From Piedraia hortae CBS 480.64 (lineage: Eukaryota): a stretch of DNA of 64,000 bases. The stretch spans positions 149,440 through 213,439 of the forward strand of contig MU005980.1 in NCBI GenBank assembly GCA_010093745.1. Direction: 5' to 3'. Both the position numbers and the translations under genes were made by a program. Positions 11,432 through 23,752 of the stretch are shown here, piece by piece; position 1 is the first letter of the stretch; the number at the start of each line of letters is the position of its first letter. The notes under the pieces were generated by a model, which saw only the letters and a list, made by a program, of their open reading frames with translations, searched no databases and was not told the DNA's origin.

Positions 11432-12627
11432 ATGGCTGTCCAGCAGACATCCCACCCCCGATTCCTCTCCCCCGCCACTGCCCTGAGCTTGACACGTCTG
11501 GTCCTCTTACCCGTAGCGGGAGCAGCTCCCGTATGGCGCCGCCAAACTGAGCCGGAGCCAAAGTCCCCCGAAGATGCCAGTCTCTGGATCTACCTCAGCA
11601 TAGCCATCGTGCTGGTCCTCACTGGCGGTACCTTGGCGGGGCTGACAATTGCATTCATGGGACAAGATGAGACGTTTCTGGAAGTGCAGCGAATGTCTGC
11701 CGATACGCCCCAAGACCAGAAGAGCGCGGCAAAAGTGCTGAAGACGCTGAAGAAGGGCAAACATTGGGTTCTGGTCACGCTGTTGCTGGGGAATACGATT
11801 ACGAATGAGACTTTGCCGATCGTTTTGGACCGAAGCATAGGCGGGGGATGGCCTGCCGTGCTTAGTTCGACGGCGTTGATTGTGATTTTTGGGGAAATTG
11901 TGCCGCAGTCGATTTGTGTGAGACATGGGCTTACGATTGGGGCGATCATGTCCCCGTTTGTTTGTGTGCTGATGTGGCTTCTTGCTCCTGTAGCGTGGCC
12001 GACGGCGAAGTTGTTGGATTATCTCCTCGGGGAGGATCATGGGACTATGTACAAGAAAGCCGGGTTGAAGACTTTGGTTGGCCTACACAAAACGCTGGGC
12101 ACGAGCGCGGATCGGTTAAAGGAAGATGAGGTCAAGATCATTCAGTCGGTGCTGGATTTGAAGGACAAACCAGTAGGCCGAGTGATGACGCCTATTGAGG
12201 ATGTGTATACCCTCAGCGTTGATGCCGTTTTGAACGAGAAAATCATGGATGAAGTGCTCGAACAGGGCTACTCACGCATCCCCGTCCATGCAACAGACAA
12301 ACCGACCAGTTTCATCGGCATGTTACTCGTCAAGACTCTGATCACCTACGACCCAGAGGACTGCAAACGCGTCAGCGACTTTGCTCTTGCTACCCTACCC
12401 GAAACCCAACCCGACACCTCCTGTCTCGACATCCTCAACTACTTCCAAGAAGGCAAAAGCCACATGGTCCTCGTCTCCGAACAACCTGGCACGGACAACG
12501 GCGTTCTCGGGGTCGTCACCCTCGAAGACGTCATCGAAGAACTCATCGGCGAAGAAATCGTCGACGAATCAGACGTCTTCATTGACGTCCACAAAGCTAT
12601 CCGTCGTCTCGCGCCAGCTGACCTTCG
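11432..12627 (+). CDS. MAM3: MAM3/CNNM-family metal-homeostasis protein (DUF21 + CBS pair), 3' end in gap
   Basis: [69 protein letters not shown]. Confidence 0.92.
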
Positions 12628-13202
12628 NNNNNNNNNNNNNNNNNNNNNNNNNNNNNNNNNNNNNNNNNNNNNNNNNNNNNNNNNNNNNNNNNNNNNNNNN
12701 NNNNNNNNNNNNNNNNNNNNNNNNNNNNNNNNNNNNNNNNNNNNNNNNNNNNNNNNNNNNNNNNNNNNNNNNNNNNNNNNNNNNNNNNNNNNNNNNNNNN
12801 NNNNNNNNNNNNNNNNNNNNNNNNNNNNNNNNNNNNNNNNNNNNNNNNNNNNNNNNNNNNNNNNNNNNNNNNNNNNNNNNNNNNNNNNNNNNNNNNNNNN
12901 NNNNNNNNNNNNNNNNNNNNNNNNNNNNNNNNNNNNNNNNNNNNNNNNNNNNNNNNNNNNNNNNNNNNNNNNNNNNNNNNNNNNNNNNNNNNNNNNNNNN
13001 NNNNNNNNNNNNNNNNNNNNNNNNNNNNNNNNNNNNNNNNNNNNNNNNNNNNNNNNNNNNNNNNNNNNNNNNNNNNNNNNNNNNNNNNNNNNNNNNNNNN
13101 NNNNNNNNNNNNNNNNNNNNNNNNNNNNNNNNNNNNNNNNNNNNNNNNNNNNNNNNNNNNNNNNNNNNNNNNNNNNNNNNNNNNNNNNNNNNNNNNNNNN
13201 NN
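12628..13202. other. Assembly gap (N run)
   Basis: Run of n. Confidence 1.
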
Positions 13203-13703
13203 TGTTCGGGTGCAGTTGCTGGTTATGTTTTTGCTACTAGGAATTGCGCTTGGACGGACGGGGCGAGGTGGTGTATGGTAGATGGGTTTGAAGTTTGTAT
13301 TTGTGCATTGTTAGGGCAGTGAGATAAATCAATTGTTTGCTATGAGGGTTGCTGGGAGGTGGTGGGGGTATGCTGTCTGGGGACAGTTTGCTGTCAGCCA
13401 ACAACACGCAGTTACACACCTCGATTCTTCCTCCGTTTAAAATTTCCATCTGTGGAGCCTAAACACACTTTCCAAACTGCAGTACACCTTTAAAGCTTCG
13501 TTTTGGAGTAAGTGAGGTGAAGTACGCTTTCCATTGCTAATATGCGCTTTTTTCCGTCAAAACACGATAGGAAATCGCACAAAATGAGCGGGACAGTGTA
13601 GTGCAGTGTCCCGCCCGCTGAGGAGAGGCAGTGTTGGACAGGGTCCTGTGGTGAAGGGTCGGATACCGTGTTTTCGGGGTGTCGGACATTGGATTGTCGG
13701 ACG

Positions 13704-13824
13704 TGTGAGACGGTAAACCCTCTCATATAGTATTCAGCCACGTCGCATCTGCAAGCTTAGACAGAGGTCGACGCTTCCCAGGGTTTTTATCTCCATAGGA
13801 GGAAGTTTTCCCTGGGACGAGACA
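13704..13824 (+). mobile_element. Truncated LTR fragment, subfamily B end (TGTGAGACGG...)
   Basis: Aligns to the reverse complement of ~50750-50869 and shares the CAGGGTTTTTA..GAGGAAGTTTTCCCTG core with the solo LTRs at 18238 and 52848. Confidence 0.75.
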
Positions 13825-13841
13825 CGGTACCGCCACTTCCA

Positions 13842-14058
13842 GCCATCTCGGAGCTCAAACTTTCACAAAGGTACACCTATCTGGAGCTGATTATATCTTT
13901 GAAACCGAGGTACGCCATTTGGGCCTGCAAACTTTCACATGAGTACACCTATTTTGAGATTAGTTCCACTTGTAAGACTACGGTACGTTATTTGTTGCCC
14001 TAACTTTACACATAAATACACTCAAGTCTAGTTGAGTATCAGATTGGACTAAATGGTA
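13842..14058 (+). repeat. Degenerate ~72-bp tandem repeat x3
   Basis: Recurring GCCAT..AAACTTTCACA..GTACACCTAT....GGTAC units. Confidence 0.55.
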
Positions 14059-14342
14059 CGGCTTTTTTGGTTGCTGGTACATTTGTCTTGACAGACTATG
14101 TCGTGCTCGTTTGATGAAGGGGCACCCACCCAATCATGATTGAGCAATCCAAACCCAGTCTCCGACATGCAAATATGAGCTTGGTATCAGTTAGACTATC
14201 TACATATCCATTCTCCCAAGCACTCAACACCCTGGCCAAAACCGATACAACCTGCCAACAACGAGTACCAACAACCCCGATCCCGACATTAAACAACCCA
14301 CTATAATGATAATCATACTCAAACGACCGACGAACGAGGTAC

Positions 14343-15667
14343 CTATTCCCACTCGTCGTAATCATCGCTTTCCACCCTCCTCTTAGATGTTGCCTCCTTA
14401 GGCGGAGTCTTCCCCGCCGAAGAAACGAGGTCATAGCTCGCATCCGACGTCTGACTAGGCGTGAGACTATTCTTCTTCTTATCAGCCACAGATAACCTTT
14501 CCGCCCCGGGGGTTGCGTCTTCCTCATCGTCATCGGACCAGCTAACTACTTCTTCTTGGTGTTGCGATGCTCCTGGGAAATCTGTTAGAAGGCTGTAGAG
14601 TAGAGAAAGGGATGGGCGTAGAGTTTATGAGAGGCGAGAAATTGCATACCTTTGAGAACCTCCCGCCTTTTCCGTTCTTTATCCTCAATCACCTCGCGAA
14701 TGGAATAATATCTTTTCCAGAATGTTTCATAACTGATTTGCTCAGGCACGAGACGCTCCATTGCAGCGCGGAGGTCGGGGTATTTCTCTAAGTCGGAGGA
14801 GATGCGCTCAGTGAGGGCGGATATATCTGCTTCTTTCCCGCCAGGGGTCTTGACATCCTCGCCAGACTCTTCTGTGGGTTTCAGGTCGAAGAGGAAGCTC
14901 TCGTCGTTGGTGTGAATCTCGTGTAACGCTGCGTCCAACCTTGTCGCGTGAAAAACCTTCTTCCCCGATGCTTCACTTGTCTCGAAGAGGAGTTCTTTCT
15001 TCCCCTCCCCTTCCCGCGGCGGAGAGACAGCAATCGCCTCCTTTAGGAGGTTCCGGAGGTTTGTCCCCAATCTGCTTGCTATATCTTCTGGTGTCTGTTC
15101 CCCGGCTTGGAGCTGACGCAGCCGCGCGGCGGCACTGGTTCGGAGGGAGTTTACCATTGACCCGGCTTCTTTGAGGATATCTGCGGGTAGGCTTTCGGGT
15201 TTATCCGAAGAGGTCGCAGGTTGGGAAGATTTGGAGTCGCTGAGTTGTGTAGAGCTGCTCGCCTCAGTGGAATTACTGACGGTGACGGCTGCTCTGGTAG
15301 TAGGAACGCCCTCCTCCCCAGGAACCATGCTCTGCGGCCCCGGCGACGCAGTGGCAAACGACCCCGTCCGTTTCCTCAACGTCTCCAGCCCTTCCTCCAC
15401 CGCTGCGTTCGCTTCTCGCTGCAACTCCTCCACCCATTGCGCTCCATGCTGCAACATTCCACCAAGTCGATTGCCCCATGGTGTGCTGGAGAAGGACATG
15501 AATGCGCTGGAAAGGTCCGTTTGGAGCGTGGATCCGGCTTGGCCGGAGGTGTTCGAGTTGCCTTTGGCTGACGATCCTTCGAGGGTTTCCGCAACGTTCG
15601 AGTTGGTAGGACGCTCCGTCGTCGGGGATAGCGTCCCTTCTTGTACGCGATCGTACGCAATATCCAT
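14343..15667 (-). CDS. BSD-domain protein (Dos2-like), intron 14573-14649
   Basis: MDIAYD start, HATRLDAALHEIHT, ISSDLEKYPDLRAAMERLVPEQISYETFWKRYY (BSD), acidic end DDEWE*. Confidence 0.88.
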
Positions 15668-17007
15668 GTTTGCGATCTTATCAGTGCAGTGGTTGGTTGA
15701 TGGTTGATGGCTGAGGTGGTGGCGGCGGGGTGTGATTGGTTGGGTTGCAAATTCCGCTAGGCCGAATTTGGGTGAGGGGCATGTGGGGTTTGTTGCGCAC
15801 ACAACCATTTTTTGCAATTTCTCTCAAGCCGATGTTTCTTGAGCCCAAAGATTTTGTTCCCTCCCTGTCGCAATAGAAATTAGAAGTTGTAAAGATTCGG
15901 ATAACAATGACAAGGTCTTCGTGATTGCCAGATATCGTGATTGCTGTCTAAAATGAACTTGCAAGGCACTGAGCGAGCTGGAATTATGAAAAATTAGTTA
16001 GAAAACACAAGGGTGCAATCAATCAGGAAAGCCAAGGACCATGGTCAGCGAATCTTTGGGCTACGACGGCTTGCAATTGTGTCCTCTGTGAAGCCAGATA
16101 TCGTCGACATTTTGTAACTGAGCTTTACAAGTGTTACGGTGCTCAGAGGAAAAGGTTCAATAAGTCCCAACGAGGAAAATGCAGACTCCTATCTACTGGG
16201 AAGCTAGGACGTTATAAACCAATCCAGAAGCGCCGTTCATTCGTGCGTGGTAGCGAGCGTAGCTATGAATAACTAGCAGGGCGCGTTGATGTGTCAAATT
16301 CCCTGTGCACTTAGGCGGCGCGGGTCGTCCCGCGCACACACAGCCTCGCCATAACAACAAGATGCCCTGTCCTAGCCTGGACACCTTTGCGGCGGATTAA
16401 ACCATGTGAAGTTTGTTGAAAGTTTTGCTTGCGAAATATTGTTCCTATTCGCCCTCCATTGACTCCACGGAACGGATTCAGGCATGCTGCTGTATCGCAA
16501 TTGAAGCTGGATAATCATCCAACTAGCCGCTTATTCTTGCAGAGCAGGCTCACCATGTACATTTACCTGCACTCGCACAAGGAAACAAAAACCATATATC
16601 AATCGATGAGCCTGAAGGTAATCAAAGATTCAGTTATAGATGGCCACAACTTCATTTGAATTTTAAGGCCAAGCAACCTTGGAAGCCCAAGTTTCCACAC
16701 CGCGGTTCCTACCTCCTCCATTGAGCTCCCAGTCTCCGCTGGAGACTGGTTGATCCTGCTGAAAGAGTTACCGAAACTCGCCCAGATCACTATAAACGCC
16801 GGGGTCGCCATCATGCTATCGAATGTCGGAGTCCAGGATTCTGCTGCTCTACCAAGCGAGACAGACTTGATTCCCCTCCTGAAGACGTACAGGCGAGGGG
16901 TTTTTTGGGTGTGAGAAGCCCTTCTCTCACACCCATACGAAAGTCAATGGGGAACCTGAAAGTTCAGCATTGACGTTTGCACACCGGAACAATCCTTCAC
17001 TAAGGAA

Positions 17008-17805
17008 GTGCGCTTGCCAGGTGGTACATCCGTTATGTCATTCAAGAAGAACGAGACGCAGTGGACCTCGGTATTCGACATGCTGAAGCGGTTTTTTGAA
17101 CTGGAGCCATTCCTCGACCGCGAGGGCAGGTTTGTCGCTCTTAGTGACGCGAGCCGGATACAACGCATTATTCGTACCGGCAACGAATGAGGAACGATTT
17201 ATGAGCGAGAACTGGAGGCCTCTGAAACGACAGTACCTAGCCGAATTTAGCGCCCGCATTCAGCAGGGTTCCTAAGCTTTTGGAACCGATGGTCCACCAG
17301 GAGTTGTGAATGACCTTGATAACCACTTGGAGTTCTTCCACATCGCAATGAAGTAACTGAAGAGCGGGGATCTCACTCTCGCAGATGCCAACAGAATCTT
17401 TGGCAAGCTATTCAAGAGGCATCCGGAGCTGAAATCCCAGTACTTCGAGATCGTCGTAAATCTCCTTTCCGAGTCTGCCATCGCCAAGGTTGTAGACAGC
17501 CAGAAAAGCCTCCTATCCGTCCCGTGAAAGAACCTCTCCGGTATCTCACTCTTTCTTAAGCGCAAGGCTGCCAATGAAGACGAAACGACAGTCAGTAAGG
17601 ATACTGACGACCTTGTTAGCGGCCTGAAGCGCCGGAAGGAGTACAAAAACCACTTTCCATCAGCCTATGAAGACCTCAGGTTCCTCTCGCCAACTTCAAA
17701 CCTGGCGGAAAGGCTCTTCAGTATGGGACGAAGGGTGAAAACTGACTACTGAAAGAGCATGCATACTTTGACCTTTGATTCGGTCATGTTCTTGGGTTGC
17801 AATTC
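17008..17805 (+). mobile_element. Degenerate hAT-superfamily transposase relic
   Basis: NETQWTSVFDMLKRFFEL (TRW-S-xxML motif) and the C-terminal dimerisation-like YEDLRFLSPTSNLAERLFSMGRRVKTDY*KSM..FDSVMFL, with stops and frameshifts. Confidence 0.75.
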
Positions 17806-18139
17806 TAGCGAAGAACATGATTCCCATTTGGAGATTTGAAGCGAGGAAAGACGAGTCATCGAGAGAATCCATGACATGAGCTGCCTGAAGATTTACATGA
17901 TCTATATTGCATGGTAGAAACGCAAATCACTTCTCGGAAGCGTCTGTCCCATGTCAATTACGTGCCAGCACATCAGAGAGATTTGTTGTCAACAATGGTA
18001 TAGTAGCTATGAACGAAGAAACGTCTGGCCTCGTGGTTCGAAGAGTATGATAAGACGCCCCACCCGGCTCGGGCTTCAAGCATGGGCACATGACGCTGCG
18101 CTAGATCACAACCTCCATATTCCATCATCCTGCATGAGG

Positions 18140-18225
18140 AGCAGGAAGAAACTCTCTTTGCTTGTGGTGGCGTTTAAGCCTCGATAATCGATGCAGAAGC
18201 GCAGGTCGCCGTTCGCCTTTTTCAG
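18140..18225 (-). mobile_element. Ty3/gypsy reverse-transcriptase fragment
   Basis: KKANGDLRFCIDYRGLNATT. Confidence 0.75.
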
Positions 18226-18237
18226 CCAATATGCTTC

Positions 18238-18544
18238 TGTCAAAAGGATGTAGCACCCACCATGATTAGAACCATAGATAGAAGTCGAAACTTCTCAGGG
18301 TTTTTACCTCTATAGAGGAAGTTTTCCCTGAGACGGATCATTGTCTCGTTCATGCTTAAGGGCATGGTTCGCTGACGTTGTCCTGGCAAATGCGGTTAGA
18401 CTGAGGTAGTGTGGGGGAGGTTTCGAACCTCACCTCATAGAGATAGACAATTACATTTTCACCTTTTTCAGTAAAAGTTGAGTGAAAAACTTTCGTCGTT
18501 GACATCCACTCCGCTCTAGTCCTCGGAGGTTCACCCCTCCGACA
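18238..18544 (+). mobile_element. Solo LTR, subfamily A (307 bp)
   Basis: TGTC...GACA termini; flanks GCTTC/GCTTT (4/5 TSD); near-identical copy at 52848-53153. Confidence 0.88.
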
Positions 18545-18790
18545 GCTTTTGAGCCGTATTTGATTAGATGAGATAGATCAGGCATTCGCTCTGTCGCTAG
18601 ATCAAACGGCGTGAACCACCCACGATGCTGTGATGGGGTGCGGTTGGTGAGATACGCCGCTGTGCAGGTCATTTTGGCCACAATGCATGCAAAACGCCAA
18701 ACATCGTGACGAGAGTACGTGCCACTTCAATGATTGTTTTGCCGCTTCTCTCCGCAGCCCCATCACGCGCCTGATCACAGGAAGCAGAGG
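18545..18790 (-). mobile_element. Ty1/copia integrase C-terminal relic
   Basis: DGAAERSGKTIIEVARTL..LWP then TAAYLTNRTPS..TPFDLATERMPDLSHLIKYGSKA. Confidence 0.8.
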
Positions 18791-18989
18791 GCTGCCATGC
18801 GATGTGGTGCTCACGAAGGTATGGCTGGAGGGCATGCCGGAGGCTGTGCACCAGGAATCAGGTCAATTCCGTCGTCAAATGAATACCATGGGGATAGTCA
18901 ATACATGACGCACAACCTCCAGCCTGCCATATATCCTTGAATGAGGTAGCATTCGAGTTGCGTCGTAAATGTGAATGTCCGTCCCAAAC

Positions 18990-19370
18990 CGCAGTTTCTG
19001 GTGCCTCCGTCAGCAGATCCTCCTTTGTAATTCTGACAGCCCTTCCACTCGTGCTCTTTCCGGCAATGCTGCTTCATATGTCGCTCGTTTTGCACTGTGT
19101 AGTGGCACTGGCGGCAGTAGAGAGCGCCATACTAGACCGCGAAGCCTGGGACGGAAAGGGACAGAGAGGGCGAGTAGGCAACGTCGTTTGGATGGGGACA
19201 ATATTATGAAAGTCCGCGACGTCTTGAACAAGCTCGTTGATGTTCTCTGGGCGCATGCCTTCGTGCATGGGATTGGTGGTAGGGATGACGGTTGCATCGG
19301 TTCTACGTTTCGACGCGACCTGGAAAACAGCTCGGCCACTAGTGCTGCGGGATTTAAATGTGTAGCATGA
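18990..19370 (-). pseudogene. Frameshifted OrsD/DUF3505-like zinc-finger relic
   Basis: Pieces across frames give ..PLCPFP..YGALYCRQCHYTVQNERHMKQHCRKEHEW, the C-x2-C..M-x2-H-x4-H-x-W pattern of this family. Confidence 0.5.
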
Positions 19371-20454
19371 TTCTCTCAGTGCTAAGATGCTCGTTGTCGG
19401 GCTCAGTGCCGAGAGTCCACTCTGATATGGACGGCTTGGTTATAGCTGTTCTAGGCTAGAAAGGCTAGACTTGCGGCTGAAGTGATGGGCATGGGAACAT
19501 TGCCCCTCATCTGGCTGAGCTACTCTAAGTCAGTTGCCAGACCACCATTGGTAGCTCATCAGCCACTTCGTCGGTGCAATAAATAATTCAGCTCTGGAAC
19601 GCAATGGTTGCATTGAATAAATGGAAGTCGTGCAAGCTGCGTCCATGGAACTTCAGGAAGGACTGAATCTTTGCAATCCGAAAAACCTCAGCCACCATCT
19701 GAATGTGGTGGCATCATGGGCAACAACATGGAGAGCTGGTTATACCTATAAAATCCACATTCCAGAACATAGCAAAAGTGTGCTCGCCATATTCCTTAAG
19801 ACACAGCAAATTGATGTAATCAGGCTATGTCTATGGTGGGTGAGCTCATAAGCTCCCCTGATAATATCTTTTGGCGTCCTTCTCCAGAGCCAATAAGGAC
19901 CTATCGCGTATATGCATGGTAAGCTCTACACCATGGAGAGACTTGTGTGTAACATGGCCTAGGGCGAGGGAACCAATCCTAGGTGGGGTCATTGTTGCAA
20001 TGAAGGAAGAATTGGCATCGCAGGGGCATATAGTTGGTGTTGACGAAAGCGTCTCATCTTTGTTCCCGAGTGGAAACCCTTTCAAGTTCTCATTTGCATC
20101 AGCATCTTTGTGCCTACATTATTTGTTAAAAAATTTGCATCTGTAGGGTCAAGAAGGCCGACAAGGTGCAATTCATTCGAATTGCTACGCTATTTGAGGT
20201 CTGCGCACTCAATGCACTACCCGCAGTGCCGCAATCAGCTTGCCAGGGTCGTTCGTTGAGATGCAAGGGTTCAGGAAGACGTGCATGTAATTGTGCATTT
20301 GACTGCTGACGTCACACAGCGCAGAGCGCACTAACTGCAAACTACCGCAAGAACCCGTGCATAGGAGACCCTCATTTAACGCCCTCAAATCGTATTAGCC
20401 TTTCGGCCCATCGAGTGACTTGATTGGTGCTTCTTCTAACGGGCCGTTATTATC

Positions 20455-21252
20455 ATGGCGCCATCTGCACAGCTTCCGTGCCCCGTGCGCGATCAAGGAT
20501 GCAGACGTCAATTTGTTAAAGCCACTGGCCTGATACAGCATTTCGAGAATAATGAATGTCGCGTCGTCAGCGCAAAGCGATTTGCGGAGCGCATTCAACG
20601 AAAGGAGGTCGATCGTGTCCTACAGGCCCACACGGACCAGTTTATAAGAAAATTAGAGACGCTCTACAGGAGCAACACCCCTGCTAATGATGATATGTGG
20701 GACGAAGAACCGGGAGGGGTGCCTCTTCCTTCTAAAAACCCCCAAGGATCATCGTCTGCCCAGCAGACGAACGATCTTTCATTGTACGAGAAGGCATCCA
20801 TGACTCAGTGGTACAACCCCGAATCAACACAGTACGACGTTCGTTTCTTTTGGCACAATCGTCTGCAGATATTTTGCTGTCCTTTCCCGTACTGCAACCT
20901 AACCTTCAAGGACCGCAAAGGCATGCAGACACATGTGGAAGCCACTCACTATGTAACCTTTTTCAAGTGCTCTTTCTGCAAAAACCGCTTTAAACTAGCG
21001 TCTGCATTGGTTGGCCACATCGAAAGCACAGAGAAGTGTAAAGTGAGAAGATCAATCGGTGTGCACGACGTAAGCAGTCTGATCTTTGTATTCCCTGGCA
21101 TCATGCTGACGATGACGTAGCTGTTAGAGATAATTAGTGGTGGCTTTGTACAGCCAGAGGATATGCGTGGTCCCACTGTGATACTGTCGAGGAAAGACCT
21201 CGAGCTGGTGGATAGCGATGCAGCTAAACAGCCAAAGTCAATCTGGTGGTAA
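20455..21252 (+). CDS. C2H2 zinc-finger protein (intron 21070-21120)
   Basis: CPV..CRRQF...GLIQHFENNEC, CPFPYC..F...MQTHVEATH, CSFCKNRF...LVGHIES; gtaagc..gctgac..tag intron; exon 2 LLEIISGGF...WW*. Confidence 0.78.
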
Positions 21253-22859
21253 GGGAGAAGACGAGTGTGGCTGAATCACGACTACGGCCGGTCAGTTCCT
21301 TTCGCAGCGAGCGTGCTTTCACAATCAGTGACAATTCCAATGCCAGCACGAGCGTACAGTGGAATGATCTGATTCTTCATTTTTCATACTACTGAGCCAA
21401 CGCATTCTCCTCTTGAACCGGTTGCAACATGCCCCATGACCATACGGCTCATGTTTACGTGACGAGTCTCTCATCCGATTCTCTAACTCTTGGTGCCCTC
21501 TTTGGCCCTTCAACAAAATCACCGTGATTTTGCCGGATTTCTAACTCCCGACAAACAGCAGGATTGGAGATACCCACATTTATGCCTTGAAGCTTACGAA
21601 GGTCCATGAGTTCGTATTGGCGTATTGGCATATCATCCCAATGATCTCAATGCTTCCTCGCCCAAAACCGTTTCAAACATCTCGAGCATTTCCGGCATGA
21701 ATTTCTACTCACGGTGGTTTAATACCCGTCCTCCAGGGCACCATCATCTTTGATGCAGAGACGCCCTTGTTCAATTGCTTTCCGTTCCACAGCAGGCCTT
21801 TAGGCTCCAGATATGAACGCCACATATTCATGGCGACATCATAGCACCGACATTTGAGGTCTAAATTCCTCGATACTACGTGGCACTTGCATCCAATCTC
21901 CGCCAGTTCTGTTCATCATTTTCACAGCTCTGAGCAAGATGGCTACCAATATGCTATCCATGAAAGTGGCGAAATCAAGTCGGACTCTCAAATTTGCAAG
22001 AATTCCTACTAAAATCATGAACAACAATACACGAACAGCGACTTGTAAAGACTAGAGCGTTGACACTGGCTACTGCGCAAGGACTACTACTCGTCGATCC
22101 ACCAGTCCTCGCTAAGTTGGACAATCCTACGCCTTCTTCCCACCAGACGTTATCGTTCAAGATGTTATTAACGGCCACTACCAAGGAGGCAGGCATTCTG
22201 GTCGTGCTCGGTGAAGCAGACCGCTGGCCCGTCGATTCAACCAGCATCTGTGCAATAAGAGCGCTTCTCTTACCGGTGCTCGTTGAGGCAATACAACATT
22301 CCAACTCTGCAGTGGTCTCTTCAAAACCACGGCCATAAAGCGAATTGTCCCGTTACCCAGGAGCTTCTTCTGCGACTGTTGATCGATGGAATTCAAAGGA
22401 TCTTGCTCTGAAGCATGACAGTGCCACCGCTGCGCAGCACAATTCCACGGGTACGACCGCTGCGAGCTCTTCAAGCTCCATCAGCTCGAAACCAACGAGA
22501 AAAGTAATGCTGGCTCGTGTTCTTCGACTGTGATAAGAAGAGCCAAACATATTACGCTCCTCACTGACTTCACAAAACTAGATGGCCACGTGTACCCATC
22601 TCATACCAAGGATGGGGAGATGTATCATCTACTTTAATCACAGCTAGTCCGAGTCAGACCTTTTGTGCCACAATCTGTGGACCTCGAGGAGGGCTTTTCA
22701 GCCCAGCAGTGGAGGGATGCTACCCAAGCGCATATTAACGAGACTCTACATTGCTTGGTGCTTCTTTTCGGTGCCGAAATCTATTCATCTCTGGGCTATG
22801 CTTTCGAGAGGGCCTAGGCCCAGCACGAATACTGGTTCGTGAGGTTACAGAGACAAGGG

Positions 22860-23752
22860 CTAGATAGCCACATCGTAAACCACCCGGGCGCAGAGCCCCC
22901 GTACAAACGCGGGTACAAACCAACTTCCGTTGCTGAAAATGAGGCGAACAGTACATCAAAAATAATCCTTGTATTGGATCCATACGCCCTAGCTCTTCAC
23001 CGTGTGCCTCGCCAATCCTCATTGTCCGCAAGTCTGCCGGAGGTCTGAGAGTTGGCGTTGATTATCGCGCAATCAACAATCTGACCGTCAAATTCGCTAC
23101 CCTATACCTCTCGTGGATGAGATAGTCAACCTAATCGCGAGGGTCAAGATTTTAAGCAAGATAAACATCATCGGTGCCTTCCATAGGCTTCGTTCGAACG
23201 AAGGTCAGAAATGGCTTACAGCTTTTAACACGAAGTGTAGCAAAAATGAGCATGTCTTCTGATGGAACAAAAATAGCATACTGCTATTTGTTGCTGCGGG
23301 ACAACGCTCTCAAGCAGATGATGTGTTATTGGGACATATCCAATGGCACTTGCCTCATCTCCACCATGCAAGACTTCTGGATCCTTTGGCGATCCGGATC
23401 GCGAAGGGACCGTCCAGCACCGCCTCAAGACCCCCAGCAGGGCAAGCGCGATTTCGCCGAGTATATAGCGGAATTTTCTCAGCACGCGCCGCGCTCTCGG
23501 TTTAATGACACCGCAAAGAGATCGCTCATTTTTGATGGCCTATCCCAGAAAATGAAGGACTTGTTAAGGCGTAAGCCTATTAGGATACCTTTTGGGCTCT
23601 CGAATGCTCCTGGTACATTCCAAGCTTATATCAACGATCAGCTGCAAGTCAACTTAGACACGACAAGTTTACGCGGAAGAGGGCATCAGGACGTTGAAAT
23701 CAACAAACAAAACCAAGTTTTATATCCATAAACCAAAAGAAGGTTCGTGACA
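22860..23752 (+). mobile_element. Scrambled Ty3/gypsy relic (RT and gag fragments)
   Basis: [62 protein letters not shown] (RT); QGKRDFAEYIAEF..FND..GLS..MKD (gag); PFGLSNAPGTFQAYIND (RT); ends GTTCGTGACA. Confidence 0.85.

Noticed and set aside
21330..21960. Possible decayed NB-ARC/TPR (NLR-like) gene on the minus strand (WRSYL, ETVLGEE, LSSMKN fragments)
   Set aside because: Fragments are too short and scattered over frames to support a call.
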